Of a DNA stretch of 64,000 nucleotides, positions 1 through 8,875 are shown piece after piece (the stretch's first letter is position 1; each line of letters begins with the position of its first letter). This DNA comes from an uncultured bacterium (GTDB lineage: Bacteria > Acidobacteriota > HRBIN11 > JAKEFK01), in assembly GCA_963777505.1 (NCBI GenBank), contig CAVZQN010000004.1:1575814-1639813 (forward strand), given 5' to 3'. The notes beneath the pieces are model-generated. The model saw only the letters and a program-made list of their open reading frames with translations, did no database searches and was not told the DNA's origin. The position numbers and the translations under genes are program-made.

Positions 1-1325
1 GCAATCGCTGAAGCCAGCATCGCAGCATGAAGCGGTGTTATTTCTAAATACTCAAGTCCGATTGAAAGATTAGAAAGGTAATGTTCATCAATAGAACCTT
101 CCTTAATTTTTCCAAGCTCTACCGGCAGCATTCCATCCAATTTGGAGTCGAACCCGAATTGCTTTAAGTTATTGATCAAATCAGCAGGTTTTAAGGCCAA
201 TCCCATTCGTGCAAAGGCTACATTGCATGAGACAGCAGTCGCAGTGTTGACATCCTTTATCTGATCATGTTTTTTCCAATCATATAAAGCCTTATTGTCC
301 TGAAGTGTAATATAACCATCACATTGAAATGGAACTATTTTGCTCATATCCACTCCATGCTCAAGGCTGCCTGCAAGCGTGATCATTTTGATAATTGAGC
401 CCGGCTCATATCGACCTGTCATTGCAAGCGATGTGCCTTCAGGATGATTCGCGCCAACTCCTTTTAATTTGGAAGCTGCTGCAAGAATGTCACCTTTTTT
501 AATATCTAGGAGAACAATGGCACCTGCATATTGATACAGTGATTTTTGTGCTGCATTCTGGATCCTGTAATCAAGAGTTAAAACAGCGGGATTTTTTGGG
601 GAAGCTTTCTTCAGGGCATCAACAAGATTGTATTCTGAATTCATTAAGACTGGCTTAATCGAATCAGAAAGATAGGTTGGCTCACCTTTGAAACTGAGTT
701 TTACTAAGGGCAGATTTTCGCGATCGATTAAGAAACCAAATTGACCCGTTGCATTGCGTTGCTCAATTTCCGATTTCAATAGTCCTATTTCGCTAGTCAT
801 TTCAGGAATATTGCCAGCCTTCTGCAGCTCGCGAGAAGCTTCTTGAAGCATATTCTCTCCAGCAAGAAATCCTGATTTATAAAAATGAAGTTGTGGTTGA
901 TCTGAAATTGAGTTTTCAATGTGCTTTGAATAGGAAAGACCGTCCTGATAGCGTCCATTTACCCAAAGTGACTTCAAAATGTCAGGCCAAATACCAACCG
1001 GACGAAAAAATAGTTTGGAACTGGCTTTCGAAAAATATGATTGTGCGGATTGCTCGCCGTCTTTGATGAGCCGAATCGTTCCCAACCCCTCGTAAACGCG
1101 TCCATTCACTAATGGAAGCCAGGTCCAATGATCGAGAGTTTCCGTAGCTTCATCATATTTTGAGGTTAGGATTTGTTCTTCCACATTTCTTGTTTGGAAA
1201 AAGTAAAAGCCATAAATTCCCGCTGACAGGATGATGAAAGCAATGAGGACTATAGGAAGTTTGTGAGTAAAGTTGCCTCTGCGAGAAGCTTTTTCGTGAT
1301 CGATATATTTATAACTTGTCGGCAT
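1..1325 (-). CDS. Penicillin-binding protein 2-like transpeptidase, N-terminal part (gene runs past window start)
   Basis: Manual minus-strand translation from ATG at 1323-1325: N-terminal TM helix (IVLIAFIILSAGIYGFYFF), then PBP dimerisation/transpeptidase-like region with S-x-x-K (PGSIIKM); no stop before position 1. Not in ORF track because it is open-ended. Confidence 0.55.
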   Translation of the reverse strand, partial: MPTSYKYIDHEKASRRGNFTHKLPIVLIAFIILSAGIYGFYFFQTRNVEEQILTSKYDEATETLDHWTWLPLVNGRVYEGLGTIRLIKDGEQSAQSYFSKASSKLFFRPVGIWPDILKSLWVNGRYQDGLSYSKHIENSISDQPQLHFYKSGFLAGENMLQEASRELQKAGNIPEMTSEIGLLKSEIEQRNATGQFGFLIDRENLPLVKLSFKGEPTYLSDSIKPVLMNSEYNLVDALKKASPKNPAVLTLDYRIQNAAQKSLYQYAGAIVLLDIKKGDILAAASKLKGVGANHPEGTSLAMTGRYEPGSIIKMITLAGSLEHGVDMSKIVPFQCDGYITLQDNKALYDWKKHDQIKDVNTATAVSCNVAFARMGLALKPADLINNLKQFGFDSKLDGMLPVELGKIKEGSIDEHYLSNLSIGLEYLEITPLHAAMLASAI

Positions 1326-1376
1326 GGAGTTTTAATGATGTAACGCCGGCTTCTTGCTGGCAATGGTATATGCGGA

Positions 1377-2189
1377 TTATTTCAGCAGGATGCCGACTTC
1401 CATTCCGCGCGCGGCTCCCAATGTTTTTGCGGCTGAACCTTGCGTTTGCGCAATTTCAAGGAAATCAGAACTGCCGAACAAAGCCAATAATTCACCTTTT
1501 TGGCCCTGAGCGTAATATTCTTTGAGTCCGTTAATCTCTTGTTTTCCTATTACTGTTTTGAATGTTTCACCCGGAATTTTTGATCGTACTTCGTCATAGT
1601 CGGTTCGTCTGATATTTGTGATCAGGTTTCCAAAACGATCCACATGAAGCACAGTCCCTTTCATCAATCCTTCACCAACGAGTTTCGGCTTCGGCAATGA
1701 GAGCCGCAAATAATTTTCTGTTGGTTCGCCAAAATTTTCTACAGCAGTCCCTTTCGTTAACCAGGCTGCGGCAGGCGCCATGATGTCACGCCCGTGAAAT
1801 GTCTTGCTTACATTATTAAGATAATAATGCTCAGTCGTAATTTCAGTGACCGATGATACGGTTTCAGCTTCATAAATCAACGATAGAACGCCGTTGTCAG
1901 GGGCGATGAAATAATAATTTTCAGTTGCTACGAGCAGAAGTTTTCGAGAAGACCCAACGGTAGGATCGACCACGACTATATGAATGGTGCGTGATGGAAA
2001 ATACGAATAACAGGACCTGAGCACAAACGATGCTTCAAGAATATCCTGAGCTGAGATGTCGTGACTGATATCAATGATCTGAACGTTGGAGTTGATATTC
2101 AGGATAACCCCTTTCATGCTGGGGACGTAACCATCACGTGTTCCGTAGTCGGTAAGAAGGGTAATTGTGGGAATTCGCTGAATTGCCAT
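1377..2189 (-). CDS. S-adenosyl-L-methionine hydroxide adenosyltransferase family protein (DUF62, fluorinase-like fold)
   Basis: 270 aa; N-terminal ITLLTDYG and HGRDIMAP motifs typical of this family; ATG confirmed at 2187-2189; 51 bp upstream of PBP gene on the same strand (operon-like). Confidence 0.7.
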   Translation of the reverse strand: MAIQRIPTITLLTDYGTRDGYVPSMKGVILNINSNVQIIDISHDISAQDILEASFVLRSCYSYFPSRTIHIVVVDPTVGSSRKLLLVATENYYFIAPDNGVLSLIYEAETVSSVTEITTEHYYLNNVSKTFHGRDIMAPAAAWLTKGTAVENFGEPTENYLRLSLPKPKLVGEGLMKGTVLHVDRFGNLITNIRRTDYDEVRSKIPGETFKTVIGKQEINGLKEYYAQGQKGELLALFGSSDFLEIAQTQGSAAKTLGAARGMEVGILLK

Positions 2190-2245
2190 CTTAAATAACC
2201 ATCAAACACTATCGAAAAAGACTTGAGGTGTCAACGAAGTGGTAG

Positions 2246-2272
2246 GGGCGGGTCTGAGACCCGCCCGTCTTT
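2246..2272 (+). terminator. Orphan intrinsic-terminator-like hairpin (GGGCGGGT-ctgag-ACCCGCCC followed by GTCTTTTC)
   Basis: Perfect 8-10 bp GC stem read directly; T-rich tract only on + strand although no + strand gene lies upstream in the window; the 10-mer GGGCGGGTCT recurs as a direct repeat at 2291-2300. Confidence 0.35.
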
Positions 2273-2321
2273 TCAACTCCACAATTGCGCGGGCGGGTCT
2301 AAAACCGCAAAGTCACAGAGC

Positions 2322-2356
2322 TTGACAGTATTACAGTAATTGTATATATTACTGTC
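2322..2356 (+). promoter_or_regulatory. Sigma70-like promoter (TTGACA-17bp-TATATT) giving a leaderless mRNA for the 2357 gene, with embedded palindromic operator
   Basis: TTGACA at 2322-2327, 17-nt spacer, TATATT at 2345-2350, ATG at 2357 only 6 nt after the -10; inverted repeat ACAGTAAT(2333-2340)/ATTACTGT(2348-2355) overlaps the -10. Confidence 0.5.
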
Positions 2357-2851
2357 ATGATCGAAAAAAGTTTGAATCTGGAAGAATTATCAAAGGAAGT
2401 TGAAGAACTTTTAGATCGACGCGGACTTTTAGACGTTCAACAAGATGGAAGGGTGTCGCCAATTCCTGATGCACGAACGATCCGTTATTACACAACGTTA
2501 GGATTGCTGGAACGTCCAAAAATTGTATTGCGCCAGGCTTCGTATGGGAAACGTCATGTCTTGCAGCTTCTTGCAATCAAATCGCTGCAAGGAATGTCGA
2601 TGCCGTTGGAAGAAATTCAGGCGCGACTTTATGGAAAAAGTGATCGTGAACTGGAAGCAATTCTGGAATCTATTTCAAACAAAAGAAAAGCACCCCGGAG
2701 CGAAATCAATCCGCTCGTTTGGCGTGAAATCATAATCGAGCCCGGACTAAAAATAATGGCTGAAGCAAAATGGCAACCTTCCGATGAAGAAGCTCTTGCA
2801 AAAAGAATTCGCGCAGCAGTTGCTGTATTTGCGAAGGAGGAAAAACAATGA
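2357..2851 (+). CDS. MerR-like helix-turn-helix regulatory protein (164 aa)
   Basis: Segment ARTIRYYTTLGLLERP...GKRHVLQLLAIKSLQGMSMPLEEIQARL resembles the MerR-family HTH/wing signature (TLRYYE-GLL...Y..L.fI.....G.sL.eI); stop overlaps start of next gene (ATGA at 2848-2851). Confidence 0.45.
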   Translation: MIEKSLNLEELSKEVEELLDRRGLLDVQQDGRVSPIPDARTIRYYTTLGLLERPKIVLRQASYGKRHVLQLLAIKSLQGMSMPLEEIQARLYGKSDRELEAILESISNKRKAPRSEINPLVWREIIIEPGLKIMAEAKWQPSDEEALAKRIRAAVAVFAKEEKQ

Positions 2852-5319
2852 CTACCCCCCAAATTCCAATCGTCGATCTGCCGGAAGACGATTGTACCCG
2901 TAGTTTCGGCGTATTAACTGTACAAAAAGCAGCACAGCGCATTGCTCTGCCACTCGAAAAGGTGGAAATTGATGCAAGAGTTGCCGGACAAATCGCGGAA
3001 GTTACAGTTCTGCAGTCTTTTCGAAACGAACATCAAGAAGCACTAGAAGCTGTATACATTTTTCCGCTTTCAGGAGGATCAGCAGTCAGCAGTTTCGAAA
3101 TGAAAGTAGGTTCACGTCTCCTTCGCGGCAAAGTGGAAGAGCGCGCACATGCGCGCCAGCAGTATGAAAATGCCATCCAGGATGGAAAGAGAGCAGCGTT
3201 GCTTGAACAAGAACGTGACGATGTTTTCACGCTTCAAGTTGGAAACATACTTCCTGGTGAACATGTTGAAATCAAGATCACCTATTCTGAACGTCTGCCA
3301 TTTTTTGAAAATGGAACGACTGAAATCCGGCTGCCGATGGTTGTTGCTCCAAGGTATGTTCCTGGAAGTCCGCTTGATTCCAGCGGAGTTGGGGATGGAA
3401 TTGAAGAAGATACCGATATTGTTCCAGATGCTTCCAGAATTTCTCCACCACGGTTGGCGAAAGGTTTTGATCCAAAAGTAGGCCTCAACATTCAGGTTGA
3501 ACTTTTGAGCGATGCAGCGATTCGAGAACTATCCTGCTCGCAACATGCGACCCGTACTTCAAATTCAGGAGGCAACGGAATCACTGTTTCGCTTTCCAGG
3601 ACCGACGAATTACTGAATCGTGATTTTGTGTTGCGATGGAACCTCGGTGAAAACAAAATCCAGACAGTTTTCCAAGGATACAAGTCAGAGCATGGCGATT
3701 ATTATGCGATGTTATCGATCCTTCCTCCGCAACTCGAACATCAATCCATTGCAGGACGTGATGTAGTTTTTATTGTGGATCGATCGGGATCGATGCGCGG
3801 TATAAAAATGGCTTCAGCATCCAAAGCATGTGCGATTTTGCTTTCAACGCTCGGACCCGCGGATCGTTTTGCAATTGCTTGCTTTAACACGGCCGTTAAA
3901 TGGTTTTATCCCAATGGTATGGATGGTCAGCGTTTTCTAACAGCCGATGAATCAGGTTTGAAACGTGGTGAAGCATTCTTGCGTGAAATAACAAGTGAAG
4001 GCGGTACAGAACTCGATCAAGCTCTGGAATCGGGTTTGGAAGTGATTCGCAGACGCAGTGATGACAGTACGCGTGTTCCAGTAGTTGTACTTTTGACCGA
4101 TGGACAAATCTCCGATGAGGCCCGCGTATTATCGCGGATCCAAAAAGAGGTTGGAGGTTCTCGTATTTTTACAGTTGGTATTGATACTGCAGTTAATCAT
4201 GGATTTTTGAGCCGTCTTGCTGCATTAGGAAAAGGAACATCCACATTCGTTGAACCAGGAGCGTCCTTAGATAATGCGCTACGGGCAATTAGCAGAGAAA
4301 TTGGAGCTCCAGTAATTGTAGATGTTAGCCTGAAGGATTTGGATTCAAACATAAATATGGAAACAATTTCACCCGCCCGAATTCCGGATCTATTTGCCGG
4401 ACGCTCCAGCGTCACTTTTTTTCAGATGAAGCAACCGGGGCGCATTCAGATCAATGGAAAATTCAGCGATGGAAGCAATTTCGAACAAACAATTTCTTCA
4501 GAAGTCACTCCGGTATCTGCAATTGCGCATTTGTGGGCTCGCGCACGAGTCAGGGATTTAGAAGATCAGTTCCGGCTCGAAAGTGGTCTGCAAGAGCAGA
4601 CAAAAAAGCAAATTATCGAAATTGCAATTCAGCATACATTACTGACGCGTTTTACAGCATTCGTAGTTGTTGATGAAAGCGAAGTTGTAAATCAGGATGG
4701 AACTCGAAGAAAAATTGTTCAACCAGTAGAAATGCCGGCCCAATGGGAAATGGATATGGGTTCTTCAATGCATATCACTGGAGCCATGGCGATGATGTCT
4801 TGTCCGCCGCCGCCGCAAGAAGCACGTGCTTCAGCACCAGTAGCGATGATGCAATTTGATGAAGGAACCAGACCTTCATCTTTATTGAAAGGGCTCTTCC
4901 GTAAACATCGCCGCGATGTGGATCCAAAACAGAAGCCTGCAGAATCAAAAGCGTTGAAAGATGCGGTCAAAGATTTTATGAATGCATTCGACAGCGTACA
5001 AAAATCCATAGAGTCAGGGCAGGTACCTTCAGGGAAACAACTTGAAAAGACACACAAGCAACTAATCAAGCTGATGACGGAGAGTGGTGAATATTCAGCG
5101 ATCAGACGTTTGCTGACTAGTATGGTCACAGAACTATTGACAGCTTTGCGAAGTCCAGGAATTGAAGTGTCAGCTTTGCGGAATATCTTGAATCAGAATA
5201 AGAAAACGATTGATGAAGCCTTTCGCGAAGTAAATGCAACGACAGCCGGCCCATTTCTGGGAATCAACCATTTGATCTCTGCGTCTTTGCGGTTTGTTGG
5301 CGAATTCTGTTACACTTGA
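2848..5319 (+). CDS. VIT-domain plus von Willebrand factor type A (vWA) domain protein, 823 aa, with Met/Pro-rich linker and C-terminal helical domain
   Basis: vWA MIDAS motif D-x-S-x-S in VVFIVDRSGSMRG, downstream LLTDGQISD, and TAFVVVDESEV motif typical of VIT-vWA proteins; N-terminal ~250 aa VIT-like; translationally coupled to the upstream HTH gene. Confidence 0.7.
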   Translation: MTTPQIPIVDLPEDDCTRSFGVLTVQKAAQRIALPLEKVEIDARVAGQIAEVTVLQSFRNEHQEALEAVYIFPLSGGSAVSSFEMKVGSRLLRGKVEERAHARQQYENAIQDGKRAALLEQERDDVFTLQVGNILPGEHVEIKITYSERLPFFENGTTEIRLPMVVAPRYVPGSPLDSSGVGDGIEEDTDIVPDASRISPPRLAKGFDPKVGLNIQVELLSDAAIRELSCSQHATRTSNSGGNGITVSLSRTDELLNRDFVLRWNLGENKIQTVFQGYKSEHGDYYAMLSILPPQLEHQSIAGRDVVFIVDRSGSMRGIKMASASKACAILLSTLGPADRFAIACFNTAVKWFYPNGMDGQRFLTADESGLKRGEAFLREITSEGGTELDQALESGLEVIRRRSDDSTRVPVVVLLTDGQISDEARVLSRIQKEVGGSRIFTVGIDTAVNHGFLSRLAALGKGTSTFVEPGASLDNALRAISREIGAPVIVDVSLKDLDSNINMETISPARIPDLFAGRSSVTFFQMKQPGRIQINGKFSDGSNFEQTISSEVTPVSAIAHLWARARVRDLEDQFRLESGLQEQTKKQIIEIAIQHTLLTRFTAFVVVDESEVVNQDGTRRKIVQPVEMPAQWEMDMGSSMHITGAMAMMSCPPPPQEARASAPVAMMQFDEGTRPSSLLKGLFRKHRRDVDPKQKPAESKALKDAVKDFMNAFDSVQKSIESGQVPSGKQLEKTHKQLIKLMTESGEYSAIRRLLTSMVTELLTALRSPGIEVSALRNILNQNKKTIDEAFREVNATTAGPFLGINHLISASLRFVGEFCYT

Positions 5320-5378
5320 AACGGACCAGACTCTACCGTTTCCGTTGTAAAACGACGCCACATCCTTGCTGATTTTTT

Positions 5379-8300
5379 ATGCCTGATTACTTGAAAGAAG
5401 CCAGAAAAGCTGAAAAAGAAAAAATCTTTTCGAGAGCGGGCGAATTCTACCGGCTTGCTGGAGAAATCGATTCTGCTGTTGAAATGTACATGAAGGCAGA
5501 AGACTACATTCTCGCCGCTGGTCTCATGGAACAAAAAGGCAACTGGAGTGCTGCTGCAAATCTGTATGAACGCGGCAGACAATACCGCGATGCTGCCAAG
5601 ATTTACGAAAAAATTAAAGACTATCGTTCCGCCTTTTCAATGTATGAAAAGATCAACGATTATCCACGTGCTTCAGAAATGGCGGAAAAAGCGGAAGATT
5701 ATTTCAAAGCTGCTGTTATGGCTGAAGAAGCAAAAACATTGCAACGTGCAGCACAACTTTATATTCAAGCCAACCAATATCCACAAGCTGCAAGAATTCA
5801 TTACAAATTATTGCAACAACTTGTCGATCTCACTGAAAAAAGGTTTTTTCCAGATTATGAGGCGCAACTCGCGAAGCATGCGAATACAACGGCGATGCTT
5901 TACGAACGGATTAATGATCATGCAAAAGCAGCCTACTGTTATCAACTTGCAAGAAATCATAAGAAAGCTGCAGAGTCGTATCTTGCAGATCAGAAACCTG
6001 AGAAAGCTGCAGAGATCTATCACCAGCTAAAGAGCTACAACAAAGCATTTGAGATTTTGTCAGGACTCACTGACGTTTCAAACAAGCCTCTTTTCGCGGA
6101 TGTTTGTTACCAGTTAAAGAAATTTGATAAAGCTGCAACTTTATTTCAGCAGTGCGGAAATCTTGGCCGCGCTGCTGATGCCTGTGAACAGGCAAAGCTT
6201 TATAACATCGCAGCTAAGATTTATGAAGAACTAGGAAATTTCAAACGTGCTGCAGAAATGTGTTTGAAGGCAAATAATAAGATTCGAGCGGCTGAACTTT
6301 ATGAAAAGACAGGAAACTTCGGCAACTCCGCAATTTTGTATCAGCAGTCCGGACAAAATGAAAAGGCATTGGAAAGCTATCTTGCGATCGGGCGAAGAAT
6401 TCCTGCCGCCAAAATCGCTCTTCAAATAAAAGATGAAGATAGAGCTATCTTTTTGCTTCAGGCAATTAATCCAATGGAAGAAGAATATAGAGATGCTTGT
6501 GCACTTCTTGGTGTAATTTTCGCTGAAAGAGGAATGAGTTCAGCGGCTCAGCGCAAGTTCGAAGAAGCATTGGAACGCCCCACGCTTACGAAGACAAATT
6601 TGGACATCTATTTTGATCTTGCGATGCAGCAGGAAAAAATGGGGATGCGTGCAGAAGCGGCCGACTTGTATGAGCGGATTCTTTCTGTGGATTTTTCGCA
6701 CAAGGAAGCTTCACGCCGCCTTGAAGAGTTACGAAGATCGGCTGTTTACCATATTCCGGATACATTTTACGTGCCCCAGCCTTCAGAAAGTGTCGAAAAC
6801 ATTCAGACATCCGGACAACCTCGAATTGTGGCATCGCGTTATGAGTTGGTGGAAGAAATGATTCATGATGCTTCGGGGAAAGTATATAAAGCCAGCGATC
6901 AATTTTTTCAACGTCCTGTCATGATCCGGATTCTTCCGAAGCAGGATCAAAATCTTACACAGGTGATTCTAAAATGCACTCAACTTTCATCGGCACTCAA
7001 CCACAATAACATTCTCGCAATTTATGATGGTGGGAAAGATAAAGATGATTACTTTGTTTGTACCGAATATGTAGACGGTCAAACTCTGCGGCAGTATCTT
7101 TCGGATCATTCTTTGAATATTCAGGAAGTTGTTCAAATTGCGCAACAGATTATTTTGGCCCTTGCGTATGTTCATAAGAAGGGTCTAATTCATGGAAATC
7201 TGACGCCGGAAAATATTTATATTGCAGCCGACAAAAGTGTAAAGGTCACTAATTTTGGAAATCTTGCAGTATGGGAAAAACAAAATGCGGCTGTTGTTAA
7301 GCAATACTTAAGTCCGGAACAGCTTACGGATCAGACTTCTGATGAGCGAAGTGACGTCTATTCGTTCGGGATTATTTTGTATGAGCTTGCCTATGGCAAT
7401 CCTCCTTTTTCGGGCGTGGATGTAGAACAACAACATTTGAGTGCTCTTCCTGTATTTGAAGAAACTCCTTTACACACTGTCCCGGATTTTCTGATCCGAA
7501 TTATGAAGAAGAGCCTTGCAAAGGATCGAAACAGACGTTACGCAAATGCGGATGAAATCCAAAATGAGTTTGAAACACCGGGAATCACACCAGGCGTTGT
7601 TATCAATGGCAGATATGAAATTGTCCGTGAACTTGGCGAAGGCGGTATGGGAAATGTTTATCAAGCGCGGGACAGGGACCTGGATGAAATCGTTGCATTA
7701 AAAATGTTGAAGGGGGAGATCGGCGGTGATCCTGATATGCTTCAACGTTTCATTCGTGAAATCAAAGTCGCAAGAATGATTGCTCATCCAAATGTAGTAC
7801 GCGTTTTTGATACCGGGACATACGAAGCAAATCGATACATAACGATGGAATATATCGATGGCATCAGTTTTGACCGATGGATCGATCAATCTAGAGAGAT
7901 CGATCTGAAAACTCGACTCAACATTTTGTTGAAAATCATTCAAGGCGTTCAAGCCGCTCATGCCCGTGGCATCGTTCATCGTGATTTGAAGCCTCAAAAT
8001 ATTTTGATTGATTCCGACTTCATTCCTCACATTCTCGATTTTGGAATTTCACGAGTACGAACTCACAAAGATAGTTCAACGACAGCCAAAATTGTACTTG
8101 GTTCACCAAAATATACATCTCCGGAACAAATCAGCGGACAGGAGGCGGATTATCGCAGCGATATTTATTCGCTTGGAGTCCTTACTTTCTACATGTTAAC
8201 GTTTCAAGAACCTTTCAGCGGAGATGATGTCCAGAGTATTTTGATGAAACACCTAACTTTGGAGCCTGCTTCGCCCCGCCACTTGAATCCTGAAATTCCA

Positions 8301-8420
8301 CTCTGGCTCGAAGATATTGTTCTTCGCGCGTTACGAAAAGATCCCGCCAAACGTTTCGAAAACCTCGATGAAATGCTCGCCGACCTCAAATTCGGCATCG
8401 ACTTCAAGCAAAACTCATAA
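5379..8420 (+). CDS. Multidomain signalling protein: N-terminal array of TPR-like ~19-residue helical repeats, a degenerate (pseudo)kinase domain, and a canonical Ser/Thr protein kinase domain (1013 aa)
   Basis: C-terminal domain has LGEGGMGNVY, VALKML, HRDLKPQNIL, DFGISR, SPKYTSPE. The preceding domain has VMIRIL (K to R), HGNLTPENIY (HRD to HGN) and TNFG (DFG to NFG). N-terminal 350 aa are periodic Y-x-x-A-A-x-x-Y-E-K-type repeats. Confidence 0.8.
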   Translation: MPDYLKEARKAEKEKIFSRAGEFYRLAGEIDSAVEMYMKAEDYILAAGLMEQKGNWSAAANLYERGRQYRDAAKIYEKIKDYRSAFSMYEKINDYPRASEMAEKAEDYFKAAVMAEEAKTLQRAAQLYIQANQYPQAARIHYKLLQQLVDLTEKRFFPDYEAQLAKHANTTAMLYERINDHAKAAYCYQLARNHKKAAESYLADQKPEKAAEIYHQLKSYNKAFEILSGLTDVSNKPLFADVCYQLKKFDKAATLFQQCGNLGRAADACEQAKLYNIAAKIYEELGNFKRAAEMCLKANNKIRAAELYEKTGNFGNSAILYQQSGQNEKALESYLAIGRRIPAAKIALQIKDEDRAIFLLQAINPMEEEYRDACALLGVIFAERGMSSAAQRKFEEALERPTLTKTNLDIYFDLAMQQEKMGMRAEAADLYERILSVDFSHKEASRRLEELRRSAVYHIPDTFYVPQPSESVENIQTSGQPRIVASRYELVEEMIHDASGKVYKASDQFFQRPVMIRILPKQDQNLTQVILKCTQLSSALNHNNILAIYDGGKDKDDYFVCTEYVDGQTLRQYLSDHSLNIQEVVQIAQQIILALAYVHKKGLIHGNLTPENIYIAADKSVKVTNFGNLAVWEKQNAAVVKQYLSPEQLTDQTSDERSDVYSFGIILYELAYGNPPFSGVDVEQQHLSALPVFEETPLHTVPDFLIRIMKKSLAKDRNRRYANADEIQNEFETPGITPGVVINGRYEIVRELGEGGMGNVYQARDRDLDEIVALKMLKGEIGGDPDMLQRFIREIKVARMIAHPNVVRVFDTGTYEANRYITMEYIDGISFDRWIDQSREIDLKTRLNILLKIIQGVQAAHARGIVHRDLKPQNILIDSDFIPHILDFGISRVRTHKDSSTTAKIVLGSPKYTSPEQISGQEADYRSDIYSLGVLTFYMLTFQEPFSGDDVQSILMKHLTLEPASPRHLNPEIPLWLEDIVLRALRKDPAKRFENLDEMLADLKFGIDFKQNS

Positions 8421-8482
8421 GATTTTAGATTTCAGATCACTGATTTCAGATTGAAATTGAAAAATTGAAGATTGCTAGAGCG
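8421..8482. repeat. Terminal inverted repeat R1 of IVS-like cassette (GATTTCAGATT-rich, ~55 bp)
   Basis: gattttagatttcagatcactgatttcagattgaaattgaaaaattgaagattg; its reverse complement matches R2 (8876-8935) at about 85% identity. Confidence 0.75.
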
Positions 8483-8487
8483 TTTTT

Positions 8488-8841
8488 TTATTTCGATAGC
8501 TTCGATGTTTTTATGGAAGATACGAATATGGAAACAAGTTCATTTCCCTCAACAATTAATGATCTTAATAAAGACTCATTAAGGATTTTGCATTCGATAA
8601 TAATCTCCATCCAATAAAGAGATTCATCCGCTTCTTCCAAAACAATTCCCAGTTTTGAGATAAAATCCACTTTTGAACGTGCTCGACAAGCTGCACGATA
8701 ATTTGCTCCCACGGACGTTCCGGACCGAAAAAGCTGATCACCCACGCGTCGTGCTTCATATGAATTCGGCAGAGCTCTGCATAGTCTTAGGATGCGCTTC
8801 CCGTATTCTTTTGTTCGTCTCTTCATCTCTTGTTGATTCAT
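8488..8841 (-). CDS. Four-helix-bundle protein (TIGR02436; 23S rRNA intervening-sequence protein family)
   Basis: SGTSVGANYRAACRARSKVDFISKLGIVLEEADESLYWMEII matches the family signature; start moved to internal ATG (8839-8841) because the track ORF 5' end runs into repeat R2; flanked by inverted repeats R1/R2. Confidence 0.75.
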   Translation of the reverse strand: MNQQEMKRRTKEYGKRILRLCRALPNSYEARRVGDQLFRSGTSVGANYRAACRARSKVDFISKLGIVLEEADESLYWMEIIIECKILNESLLRSLIVEGNELVSIFVSSIKTSKLSK

Positions 8842-8875
8842 ATACCAACCTTCTCTCAATCTTTCAATCCTCAAT

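Noticed and set aside
1316-1525. 69-aa plus-strand ORF spanning the PBP/DUF62 junction
   Set aside because: It is antisense to two co-oriented minus-strand genes, so it is spurious.
2355-8400. Numerous 60-140-aa minus-strand ORFs inside the vWA and kinase genes (for example 2355..2576, 3033..3230, 4719..5129, 7698..8030)
   Set aside because: They are antisense to long, well-supported CDSs and lack RBS or family resemblance.
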